Of a stretch of DNA of 64,000 bases, positions 17,946 to 28,217 are shown piece after piece; within the stretch, counting starts at the first letter, position 1; each line of letters begins with the position of its first letter. The notes under the pieces were generated by a model. It had not been told where the DNA came from and searched no databases. It saw only the letters and a list, made by a program, of their open reading frames with translations. The position numbers were made by a program, and so were the translations under genes. The stretch comes from Candidatus Bathyarchaeota archaeon. GTDB taxonomy: Archaea > Thermoproteota > Bathyarchaeia > 40CM-2-53-6. Location: positions 32,288-96,287 of the forward strand of contig CAWABQ010000010.1 in the NCBI GenBank assembly GCA_963780265.1, in the 5' to 3' direction.

Positions 17946-18796
17946 AAATTCGGAAGCCCTATGTGGCGAACGCATTCTACGCCGGAACGAAAACTGAACT
18001 AACCAAACAGATAGTCAGTTGCTTCACCCACCGCTTTGGTCCGGGACAAGTTCCGAAGGTCGTCGAGCGTGGGGGTCCTAGGAAAATCCTTGGCCTAGTG
18101 TCTCCGCACGCAGGGTATATGTATTCAGGACCAGTGGCGGCGAATGGCTATCGCCACCTTGCGGCTGACGGGATACCGGAAGTATTTGTAATCCTCGGCC
18201 CCAACCACACAGGCTACGGAAGCGGGGTCTCTATTCTAACCGATGGCGCTTGGGAGACTCCCGTCGGCATCACCTCAGTGGATAGCGGCCTAGCGAAACA
18301 AATCCAGAAAGCGAGCAACATTTTGGATATCGATGAAGCCTCGCATTCCTCTGAGCATTCCATCGAAGTCCAGCTGCCTTTCATTCAATTCCTCTTCAAG
18401 GATGGCCCGAAGTTCATACCAATCTGCATGATGATGCAAGACCTGCAGACGAGTCGAGATATGGCGAAGAGTATCGTTGAACAGTGCAAAGGTAAGAATT
18501 TCATTATAATCGCATCGAGCGATTTTACGCATTACGAAACCCACGAGAGTGCGGTCAGGAAGGACAAGATGGCCATCGACGCGATCACGAACCTCGATGA
18601 CGCCACCCTTAACGCGCTCGGGGACACCAACCGAGTAACCATGTGTGGTTACGGCCCAATTACAACGCTCATAGCGGCCGCAAAGATGTTGGGCGGCATT
18701 AAGGCGGAATTGCTAGCTTACAAAACCAGCGGCGACATAACAGGGGACAAGAGTTCCGTGGTGGGGTACTCCTCAATCCTCTTCACGCGTGAGTAA
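17942..18796 (+). CDS. MEMO1-family protein
   Basis: PHAGYMYSG, GPNHTG, EHSIEVQLPF, ASSDFTHY, MCGYGP. Confidence 0.93.
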   Translation: MKIRKPYVANAFYAGTKTELTKQIVSCFTHRFGPGQVPKVVERGGPRKILGLVSPHAGYMYSGPVAANGYRHLAADGIPEVFVILGPNHTGYGSGVSILTDGAWETPVGITSVDSGLAKQIQKASNILDIDEASHSSEHSIEVQLPFIQFLFKDGPKFIPICMMMQDLQTSRDMAKSIVEQCKGKNFIIIASSDFTHYETHESAVRKDKMAIDAITNLDDATLNALGDTNRVTMCGYGPITTLIAAAKMLGGIKAELLAYKTSGDITGDKSSVVGYSSILFTRE

Positions 18797-18816
18797 CGCT
18801 AGGCAATCGGGGCCGA

Positions 18817-19809
18817 ATGTTGAAGGCTGTCGCAGTATCGCCTGCAAAGGTAATTCTATTTGGGGAACACTTCGTTGTGGGAGGCAACACCGCAATATCA
18901 ATGACGATTGATTTGCCCACCGTTGTAACGGCCGAACCCTTCGACGGTGACCATATTCAAATCCGGTCGGAAGACCTAGGGGTCGAAGCCGTTTTTTCCC
19001 CCGGTGGACAGCTCAGTTACAGCTCGGGCGCCAATGCCGAGGCCACGCTACGCCCAATCTTCGAAGCTGCAAGCTTCATTCTCAGGAAAATCGAGCGTTC
19101 TGGCCGAGGGTTGAAACTCGCCGTGAAGTCGCAAGTCCCCATAGGCATGGGCCTAGGTTCATCAGCAGCGACCGCTGTCGGGACTGTCTCGGCAATAACG
19201 ACTTTGCTGGGCTCGCCGCTTTCTAAAGAGGAAGTTTTCGCCTCCGCGTACTCACTTGAGAAAATGGTGCACGGACAGCCGTCAGGTGTCGACCAAGCCA
19301 CCCTCACATATGGTGGGCTCATTAGCTATACGAAAGGTAAAGTGGACTCTACGCTTCAAGAAATCGAGCCCCCGTTGCTTATAATTGGCAATACGGGGAA
19401 GCGCAGGTCTACCGGCGAGTTTGTTGGAAGAGTCACGAAGCTCAGGGAAACTCAACCGGAGAAGTATGGCAGAATTGCTTCAGAGGCTCAGAAGATATCG
19501 GATAGTGCTATGGCCGCGTTGATAAACGGAGAGGTTGAAGCCCTGGGCGCATTGATGAATGAGAATCAGCGATTGCTTGAGTTAGTTGGCGTTTCATCTC
19601 CTGAACTTGAGCGACTGATTTCCGCTGCCAAGTCAGCTGGGGCGTTCGGCGCGAAACTCACTGGAGGTGGTGGCGGCGGATGCATGATAGCAGTCGTGGG
19701 GGAAGCAACACACGCAGGGGTTTCGCGTTCTATACAACAGGCGGGTGGCCAGGTGCTCCCAAGTCAGTTCGTCCCGCATGGAGTTCAAACCTCACTTCAA
19801 AAGGACTGA
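18817..19809 (+). CDS. mvk: Mevalonate kinase
   Basis: PAKVILFGEHFVV, PIGMGLGSSAA, HGQPSGVD, GAKLTGGGGGGC. Confidence 0.93.
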   Translation: MLKAVAVSPAKVILFGEHFVVGGNTAISMTIDLPTVVTAEPFDGDHIQIRSEDLGVEAVFSPGGQLSYSSGANAEATLRPIFEAASFILRKIERSGRGLKLAVKSQVPIGMGLGSSAATAVGTVSAITTLLGSPLSKEEVFASAYSLEKMVHGQPSGVDQATLTYGGLISYTKGKVDSTLQEIEPPLLIIGNTGKRRSTGEFVGRVTKLRETQPEKYGRIASEAQKISDSAMAALINGEVEALGALMNENQRLLELVGVSSPELERLISAAKSAGAFGAKLTGGGGGGCMIAVVGEATHAGVSRSIQQAGGQVLPSQFVPHGVQTSLQKD

Positions 19810-19866
19810 CCTGCCAAATCCCCAAACTTCAAAGGTGATGATTTGCTCTCAGTAAAGTGATTCCAA

Positions 19867-21132
19867 ATGTCGAGGAGTTCGGAACTGTCCGGGTTCTACA
19901 AGCTTCCTGTGGCGGATAGGGTGCGACTGCTGAAGGATTTCGCCCGATTAACCGAAGAGGAAGCTGGTTTGCTCCAGAAGCCTGGGGCGCTCGGCTTTGA
20001 CGTTGCGAACCGCATGGTCGAAAATTTGGTGGGCGTTATGCCAGTGCCGCTGGGTGTGGCGATGAATTTTCTAATCAACGGAAGAGACGTGGTCGTACCG
20101 ATGGCTATTGAAGAACCATCGGTAATCGCGGCTGCCAGCAATGCCGCCAAAATGAGCCGGCTGAAGGGTGGTTTCCACGCAACTTCCACGGACCCAATTA
20201 TGATTGGGCAAATACAAATTGTGGGCGTTCAGGATGCGCATAGGGCTCGGTTCGAAATACTCGCAGATAAAGCTGAGATTTTGAAACACGCCAACGAACA
20301 GGATCCGGTCCTTGTATCCCTAGGTGGGAGCCCGCGATTTAGAAGTACGAATCATCGACACTTTCCTCGGACGGATGGTCATCGCTGAGCTACTGGTTGA
20401 CTGTCGAGACGCGATGGGTGCGAACGCGGTGAACACTATGGTGGAGGCAGTTGCTCCCATCGTTGAGCGGATTTCGGGTGGGCGAGTTTGCTTGCGCATA
20501 ATTTCCAATTTGGCCGTGAAACGCCTTGCCCGCGCCAAAGCAACCTTCACCAAAGAGGCGCTGGGCGGAGAAAATGTTGTTGACGGGATCGTGAATGCAT
20601 ACGCATTCGCTGCAGCAGACCCATACCGATGCGCGACCCATAACAAAGGAATCATGAACGGCGTATCCGCTGTCGTACTGGCCACGGGCAACGACACCAG
20701 AGCGATTGAAGCTGGGGCCCACGCATATGCCGCTCGTTCGGGCCATTATACCTCGCTGACAACTTGGGAGAAGGACAGCAATGGTGACTTAGTGGGGACC
20801 CTTGAAATGCCCATGGCGGTTGGGATAGTTGGAGGGGCCACAGCTTCGAATCCGGTAGCAAAATTAGCTGTCAAAATTCTCGGCGTCAAGACGGCGAAAG
20901 AATTGGGTGAAGTGATCGTCTCAGTCGGACTAGCGCAGAACCTTGCGGCGCTTAGAGCCCTAGCGACTGAGGGAATTCAACGCGGCCACATGAACCTGCA
21001 CGCCCGCAACATCGCAATTAGCGCAGGCGCGACGGACGACCTTATCGACAAAATCAGCGAACAAATGGTGGCTGAAAAAAGATTCGAGTTGATCGGGCCA
21101 AGGAGTTGCTAGAAAAATACTCTAAGCGCTAG
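19867..21132 (+). CDS. hmgA: HMG-CoA reductase, class II (indels near 20328 and 21078)
   Basis: [41 protein letters not shown]. Confidence 0.92.
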
Positions 21133-21472
21133 TTGTTGGCGTTTCTATTTCAACGACCGCTTCCATGCGGCGAACCTTTGGTATGGCGTCTTTCTCCATC
21201 CACTCCGAGATCGTATCATAGACTTTCCTGTAATACTTCTTTGTTGCGTGCTTAACGATTCCAAGCCGCTCCATTCTTCTGATGTACCGCCATTTCATAC
21301 TTCGTGAAATTTTGTCGCCCAATAGCCGGTCGACGTCAACTTTCTTGAAGACTTTGGGGAGGTGGGCGAATGTTCCAACAATTTCCTTCGGAAAAGCCGT
21401 CAGAGACTCTTTGGAAAGTTTCCGCTTGCCGCGCGAATCAAGCCCGCGCAACCGGCTGCCATTAACTCTCAA
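21122..21472 (-). CDS. Hypothetical basic protein, possibly winged-helix
   Basis: WRYIRRMERLGIVK helix-wing-like pattern. Confidence 0.5.
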   Translation of the reverse strand: MRVNGSRLRGLDSRGKRKLSKESLTAFPKEIVGTFAHLPKVFKKVDVDRLLGDKISRSMKWRYIRRMERLGIVKHATKKYYRKVYDTISEWMEKDAIPKVRRMEAVVEIETPTTSA

Positions 21473-21561
21473 AACAATGCCTTCTGGGAGGACGGGTACG
21501 GTTCTGATATCATAAAAATGTTATGAGCCACGCTCTCACAGACAAATACCCGTAGATTCCG

Positions 21562-22450
21562 TCAAATCGTCCCGATTAGGAAGGCCAACAGGCCGAACGT
21601 CATCCAGACGAGCACGTAGTTCTTGTTCCTTTTCGCATTTCTAGGACTTGAATTTGTAACCAGGGAATAAGCGGTTAGCAGAAACCCGATGTCACAGATA
21701 GCAACCAAAGGAATGTAGTAGTAGGAGACGATTCCCAAGATGAGGGGTAGGCCACTGAGGGCTACTGCAGCAACAAATAGAAACGCGCCATACTTCGCGG
21801 CCTTGGTGCTTCCTTTCGTCGCAGCCACCGACTTGACTCCCTTAGCAGTGTCGCCGGAGACATCAACAATTCCCTTAACAATTTCCCGTCCCATGCTCGA
21901 GAGGAAAGCAAGGAAAGAGAAAATTCCTAGCGACCAAGTGAGGCTTGCCACAACGAACCCACCGTAAACGAAAGGAATTGCGACATTCGCACTTACGAGC
22001 GATGTTGCCCAAGAGGCCGGTCTTCTTGAGCCGCGCATTATACAAGACCATGACAATCACGCTCATGATAGCAATCATGAGTGTCGCCAAGCCGGAATTC
22101 GATGCGGACCAAAAACCGATTGCTCCTAGGATTAATGAGAATGAAAGTGCTTCGGGGGGCTTGACTACTCCAGCCGGTAGGGGTCGTCCCGGTTCGTTGA
22201 TTGCATCAATTTCCCGGTCGAAGTAGTCGTTCGAAACCATCGAAGCGGCTAAGAGAAGAAAAGCCGTCATGAACCCATAGAATGCTGCTCTCACTGGGAC
22301 AGTAGCTGAAGCTATCAACTCACCGACAATAACCGCAAAACCAATCATGACACAGTTAGGTAGGCGCATCATAGAAAGTAGGCCGGCGATTTTTCGAATA
22401 GGGGAAACATAAGATTGCAATAAGCCCCGCCCTTCGGCCTTGAAGTTCAA
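21562..22450 (-). CDS. Digeranylgeranylglyceryl phosphate synthase (UbiA family; indel near 21999)
   Basis: NDYFDREIDAINEPGRPLPAG, REIVKGIVDVSGD. Confidence 0.88.
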
Positions 22451-22627
22451 CCTTCAAACGCAACCAGTCTTAATAGTATTGCAGGCCCGCTTCAACTCTT
22501 AGAGCCCGTCCCTTGATGAGATGAGTGTGAATCAAGACTTGGGATACCGTCAAAGCATCTTCCGCGGCGGTCACTGAAACTGGAATGGACAATGCCTGAC
22601 CGACCTCATTTGCCGTAACGTAAGCTG

Positions 22628-22771
22628 TTACAGTAACGGCAGATATTCGCGCATTAGAAGGCCGCATCGCTGGCACCTTATGAGTCTCAGTAGCCTTCCC
22701 TTTTCGTCAAAGTCCTGGCTGATTTCACGCACTCGACCGTGCTGGCATACGTTCGCCGAAACGGTCTCCAT
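22628..22771 (-). CDS. 47-aa zinc-ribbon-like microprotein
   Basis: METVSANVCQHGRVREISQDFDEKGRLLRLIRCQRCGLLMREYLPLL (CxH...CxxC). Confidence 0.45.
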   Translation of the reverse strand: METVSANVCQHGRVREISQDFDEKGRLLRLIRCQRCGLLMREYLPLL

Positions 22772-23113
22772 GTCTGATGGCACAGTCGTTGCATAGACAA
22801 TTTGGTCTGCGTCTCTATTCTCCTTCTAGGCTGCATTTTGCCTGTGCTGGCAGCAAGCAGTAAATGGCACTTAACGCTTGGTGAGCGTGTGGCAATCCTT
22901 ACACGCGGCAGATAATTCCACTAAGTGGAACTAGTTTCTTATCAAGGTGGGATGACAGAAATGTATACGCAAGAAAGCCTGGGCATCAAATGCGTTGGCT
23001 CAAGTTAGGAGTCACTCTTGTAACTGTTGACGAGCGCCAAGACCTGCGTGCGAGAGCATCAATCTCCGAAGTTATACTGTCTTCCGACGGGATTGAAACG
23101 CTCCAGTCTAATT

Positions 23114-23356
23114 CTATCTCCCCCGTGTCAGGGGCGTAGTGGAACATGGATTCGGCTCGCAGCATTCCAGCTTTGTCCAGGAGGGCCTTGGGACTGCGAG
23201 TAGCAACCGCAGCTGCTTGCTGCCAGTCGCGGACACGTCGACCGTCGTGCTTGTTCTTAGGTTGGGCAAAGTGAAGAAGCCTAGTGCACTTCCCAGTAGA
23301 ACACCCAGCCCTTTCTTCAGGAAACCCCTACGATTAGACAAGGATGCGAAACCCAA
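23114..23356 (-). CDS. N-terminus of a Tat-signal protein, frameshifted or degraded downstream
   Basis: SNRRGFLK followed by a hydrophobic stretch. Confidence 0.45.
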   Translation of the reverse strand: MGFASLSNRRGFLKKGLGVLLGSALGFFTLPNLRTSTTVDVSATGSKQLRLLLAVPRPSWTKLECCEPNPCSTTPLTRGR

Positions 23357-23532
23357 GCAAATGCCTCGCTCCTACGGTTATATCACTTGCGCCCATCAAT
23401 ATGGCGCTCAGAGGGAAGCGGGCGCGAACGAACTGGCAACTGACGCCAAACCCGACGCTTTTAATAGTATCGCACTCAGTTTCTGAGAACACTCCACTCC
23501 CTTCGCTAGCATAAGTCGGTGGGCCGCATCCT

Positions 23533-24282
23533 TTGGGCGATATCAGAATTGGTAATGTAGAAAATCACCTGCAGAATGTGATTAGGAAACAAGGAGCCGC
23601 CCATCTCACCTTATTTGACCCGGAAAAACTCACCCCCATAGCCGCAAGGAACTTGGCGTTGGAAGTTAAGAAGGCCGGCACCGCTGCCGCAATGGTTGGC
23701 GGTTCAACTGCGACCTCGGTTTATGAGCTTGACGCAATTGTAAAGGCGATCAAGTCCGCAGGGCTCTACGTGATTTTGTTTCCAAACGATGTTGCGGGCC
23801 TGAGCCAGAACGCTGACGCTGTTTTCTTCATGTCCCTGCTGAATTCAATCAACCCGTATTACCTATCGGGCGCGCAAGCACTTGGGGCGCCTTTAGTGAA
23901 ACGCTACGGGCTTGAGCCGATTCCCCTCGCATACCTGATTGTTGGAGAACATGGCGGTGCGGCCGGGTTTGTGGGAAACGCCAACCCCATTCCCTACGAC
24001 AAGCCCGAGCTGGCAGCAATTTACGCACTTGCGGCCGAATATCTCGGGATGCGCTTCGTCTACCTTGAAGCAGGCTCCGGGGCGAGGAAAGCAGTATCGC
24101 CTGGGATGGTGCGGGCGGTCAACCAAACATGCCATATGAACATAATCGCCGGCGGCGGCATCAGAACTCCATCTCAGGCTAAGGAGTTGGTTGACGCGGG
24201 AGCGAGCCTGATTGTCACGGGTACCATAGCTGAAAAGGCGTCTGTAGCAAGGTTGCGAGCCATAATTCGAGCCATTCACTGA
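23533..24282 (+). CDS. Geranylgeranylglyceryl phosphate synthase
   Basis: HLTLFDPEK, MVGGST, ILFP, YLEAGSGA, GGGIR. Confidence 0.93.
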   Translation: MGDIRIGNVENHLQNVIRKQGAAHLTLFDPEKLTPIAARNLALEVKKAGTAAAMVGGSTATSVYELDAIVKAIKSAGLYVILFPNDVAGLSQNADAVFFMSLLNSINPYYLSGAQALGAPLVKRYGLEPIPLAYLIVGEHGGAAGFVGNANPIPYDKPELAAIYALAAEYLGMRFVYLEAGSGARKAVSPGMVRAVNQTCHMNIIAGGGIRTPSQAKELVDAGASLIVTGTIAEKASVARLRAIIRAIH

Positions 24283-24302
24283 ATTCTGGCTGCGGAAGCT
24301 TC

Positions 24303-26113
24303 TTGGCTCGTTCCTTTTCCAAACGCATCAGTGGGACAACTCCTTACTACAACCTGATCCGGCGTGTGGCCTTCCCGTCGACCAGGACTATCATTATCGT
24401 CTCGCTAGTTCTCACAACCGTCGGAATCGGCCTGTCTTTCTCGTTCGCTGAGCGGACGATGGCATTCTTTGTATTTGGAGCGGCATGGGGGATTATTGCC
24501 TTAATCCTACCATCCTTTGTATCTGACATCCTGCTGTATTTCACGATAATGAAACAAGACCCGTTGTTCTATTTTAGAAGGTGCCTCTCACTGTCGCTCT
24601 TTACCATAATTACTTGGGTGGTGATCTTCTTGATCAGCTCAGTCATAGCGATCTTGGACCAGAGGTTCATTTTTCCTGATTTCGCCATTATACTGGGGCT
24701 CTTCGCGTGATCCCTCCGCGTGCACTCGCAATATTTTCCTTGTCCAGAACTAGCTTCTCCAAGAGAGCCACCTTCACGCTCATGGAGCCAAGCCTAACCG
24801 TACTCTTAGCGATCATCGTGTTCGGTGCACCGTTAGCGCGAATGATAAATGGGTTGGTTCTGTCCTCGATTGTGGGGCTAAGTTTCGCTTTCGCCGTAAT
24901 CGTCCTCGTTGAAGTTTACGGCCGCAGAGCCATCGGCTTCTCGCCCATCCGAATGTTCAGAGCCTTCCTGTCAGACTGGCTTGAGTGTGAAAACCAGGAA
25001 CTTGAATCCTATCTCAATGAGCTTGGGGTCGAAACCGAAATAGATGCCACAGCTCTTGCATTCCGCAAGAAAGGCTCCGATACTATCAAGGGCGTTATGT
25101 TCGTCTCCAACTTTCACCCTGGGCCTTTCTTGAACATCGGTAGCAGCGTACTCCCTTATCTCATGTATTCCGTAATGAGCAGAAGGTTCAATGCGGTGAC
25201 CCTCGTACCACACGGCGTTTCAGGGCACGAATTGAATTTGGTTTCCCAAGAGCAGAACGCCAGAATTATTCGGTGGGTACTTACAGGGTTGGAGCATGCG
25301 CATTACGATGGCAACGCCAGTCGGGTTACGAGAATGAGTAACGAAATTGCCACCGCAACGTCCCAAGTCTTCAACGGATGCGCCCTCGTAACGATGACCA
25401 CCTCGCCCTCTGACATGGAAGACGTCCCGTCCGAAGTAGCCAACAGGTTGTCAGGCCTCACTCATGGAAGGTTCCGCCACTTGGCGTTGGTCGACGCCCA
25501 TAATTGCCTCACGGGTCCTGCGACCATGACCTCTCAAAAAGTAGGAGCCTTGGAGGAAGCGGCTTTATCCAGTCTGCAAGTAACCGCCGAAGAGGCGGTA
25601 AGCTCATTCAAGGTCGGTGTGGCCCACAAAATGCCAGGATTTACTTTAAAGGATGGATTTGGCCCCGGAGGGATTTGTGTAATGGGAATCGAAGTTTCCG
25701 GGCAACGCTTCGCGTATGTGAACGTTGATGGGAACAACATGGCCAGTGGCCTAAGAGAGGAAATCATGAAGGCGATCAAGAACGTTGGATTTGATGATGG
25801 GGAAGTCATGACCTCTGATACGCATATGGTGAATGGAATCGTCTCTGCCCGCTTAGGCTACTACACGGTAGGTGAGGCGGTGCCTTGGACTCGGGTGCTC
25901 GGCGAGGTTACTGAAGCTTGCCGCGAGGCATTGGCCAACTTGGAGACATGTGAGGTCGGGGCAGTTTCAGGCCAAGTCCCCGTGACCACCCTCGGATCGA
26001 AGTCGCTTCGCCGCGTCATGGGCGTTGTTTACAGAACCTCAAAACTAACCACGATAACTCTCTTCCCGATTGGTGTCGCAATCACCGTACTGTCGTTACT
26101 CTTCTTGGTGTAA
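24303..26113 (+). CDS. DUF2070-family membrane protein (indel near 24705)
   Basis: N-terminal TM bundle, HPGPF, HGVSGHE, DAHN, DGNN, TSDTH. Confidence 0.82.
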
Positions 26114-26116
26114 ACC

Positions 26117-27188
26117 TTGATCCAGGCCATTTCTCGCGATTCGCATTACATGCAACTTCCAAGGGAAGTGTTAATCGGGAAAGATGTCTGCGACTTCGGT
26201 TGGTGAAACACTCACCCGCCTTGGATTTCGCGGACCTGCACTAGTCGTCACCGGCCACAAAGTGGTATCGATTGCCGGTGGAACTGTGCTAGAATCCCTG
26301 CAGCGCGCCGGTTTCAAATCGTCAACAATACTTGTCGATAATGCAACAACCGACCAAGTCACACTGGTGGAAAATGAAATTCGAAGCAAGAAGCCTGACA
26401 TAGTTGTTGGAGTCGGTGGCGGGAAGGACATTGACATAGCTAAATTGAGCAGCATGAAAGCCTCAACTAGCTTCCTAAGCGTCCCAACGGCAGCATCCCA
26501 TGACGGCATAGCTAGCCCGCTAGTATCCATGAAGGGATTGGACCGACCCTACTCATACGCCGCCCATTCACCCATCGCAATAGTCGCCGACATATCGATA
26601 ATCGCCAAATCCCCGTATCCCCTCATCGCGAGCGGATGCGGCGACGTCGTCGCGAAGTACACAGCGGTTCGAGACTGGAAGCTTGCCCATAGAATCAAGA
26701 ATGAGTATTACGGCGATTATGCCGCTGAGCTTGCGCTTATGAGCGTGCGCCTAGTAATGAAGAACGCAAACAGCATACGAGCGATGTCAGACTCGGGAGT
26801 ACGCACACTGGTTGAGGCATTGATTAGCTGCGGAGTTGCAATGAGCATCGCCGGAACCAGCCGACCCTGCAGCGGTGCAGAGCACTTGTTCAGCCACGCA
26901 TTGGCAATGGTTGCCCCCAAACCGGCGCTGCATGGCGAGCAGTGTGGGGTCGGGACGATAATGTGCGCCTACCTACATGGGGCACATTGGCAACTGATCA
27001 AAGACGTCCTCCACACCATAGGGGCCCCCACAACTGCGAAGGAACTTGGAATCGAACCCGAATATATCGTGAAGGCGCTGACCATGGCCCATTCCATCAG
27101 GCCTGAACGTTACACGATCCTAGGGGAGAGCGGCCTCACTAAGGAGGCCGCGGAACGGGTTGCAACGCTCACAGGCGTAATCGACTAA
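26117..27188 (+). CDS. egsA: sn-glycerol-1-phosphate dehydrogenase (indel near 26188)
   Basis: MQLPREVLIG, GGGKDIDIAK, PTAASHDGIASP, SGAEHLFSH, LHGEQCG. Confidence 0.93.
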
Positions 27189-27206
27189 TCGACACATGGT
27201 TGGCTG

Positions 27207-28184
27207 TTGACCTTGCCCAAAGCAACCGCAATAGCACACGCGATTCAAGGGCTCGTAAAATATCATGGGCTAAAGGACAGCAAACGAAGAATGCCGTACC
27301 ATGACAGTATATCCGTCTGCGTTGAAGAGCTGACCACAAAGGCTACTATCGAATTTGACCGCGAATATTCGCAGGACATCATAGAAATAAACGGTAAACC
27401 AGCGGGCAGCATAGAAGCTGCCCGAGTGCTCGCTGTTGTCTCACCGCTAAGGTCACTTGCGAAAACGAGGAGGCACTTCAAACTCTCGAGCAAGAACAAC
27501 CTTCCTCAAGGCAAAGGCCTCGGATTCTCAGCGTCGGCTTTCGCATCGATCGCTCAAGCTTCAAGCTCAGCTTTGAGCGTGAGGATGCAGCCGGAACGCC
27601 TAAGTGAATTTGCTCGACTCGGGGCAGGGTCTGCGAGCCGAAGCCTCGTGGGTGGCTTTTCAATTTGGTACGCCAACAAATACGGAAGCTCATATGCAGA
27701 ACAGCTCCCTACAAGTAGGAATCTGAACCTGGCCATGGCAATTGTTCCCATACCATCACAAGTTAGAACTGACATGGCGCATGAAGAGTCAGTTACATCG
27801 CCTTTCTTCTCTGCCAGGCTGAAGGAGGTGGGAAAGATCTTGCGGAGAATGCAGCGAGCGGTCAAATCGGGGGACGTCGACGAGATCGGTCGGCTTGCAG
27901 AAGCTGAATCGCTGAGCCTACATGCCGTAACGATGACCGGCAAGAGCGGGCTTGTTCTCATGGCTCAGGAAACAATTGGTGTAATACAGGGAATCGTGTC
28001 CCTGAGAGAAACCAACCACATACCAGTTTGGTATTCACTTGACACAGGCCCATCGGTCTACATCAACACCCACGCGGAATCCATCGATACTGTTTGCAGC
28101 GAAATTCGCAAGTACACGAACTTTCCAGTCCTCAAGAGCAAAGTCGGAGGACCCGCTCGCACAATCGAAGACCATCTCTTCTAG
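27207..28184 (+). CDS. mvaD: Phosphomevalonate decarboxylase of the haloarchaeal type (GHMP family)
   Basis: KATAIAHAIQGLVKYHG...RRMPYHDSISVC, GLGFSASAFA, RLGAGSASRS, SLDTGPSV. Confidence 0.8.
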   Translation: MTLPKATAIAHAIQGLVKYHGLKDSKRRMPYHDSISVCVEELTTKATIEFDREYSQDIIEINGKPAGSIEAARVLAVVSPLRSLAKTRRHFKLSSKNNLPQGKGLGFSASAFASIAQASSSALSVRMQPERLSEFARLGAGSASRSLVGGFSIWYANKYGSSYAEQLPTSRNLNLAMAIVPIPSQVRTDMAHEESVTSPFFSARLKEVGKILRRMQRAVKSGDVDEIGRLAEAESLSLHAVTMTGKSGLVLMAQETIGVIQGIVSLRETNHIPVWYSLDTGPSVYINTHAESIDTVCSEIRKYTNFPVLKSKVGGPARTIEDHLF

Positions 28185-28217
28185 AAGCGGAACCGAACCC
28201 ACACAAGGGCCTTGCAA

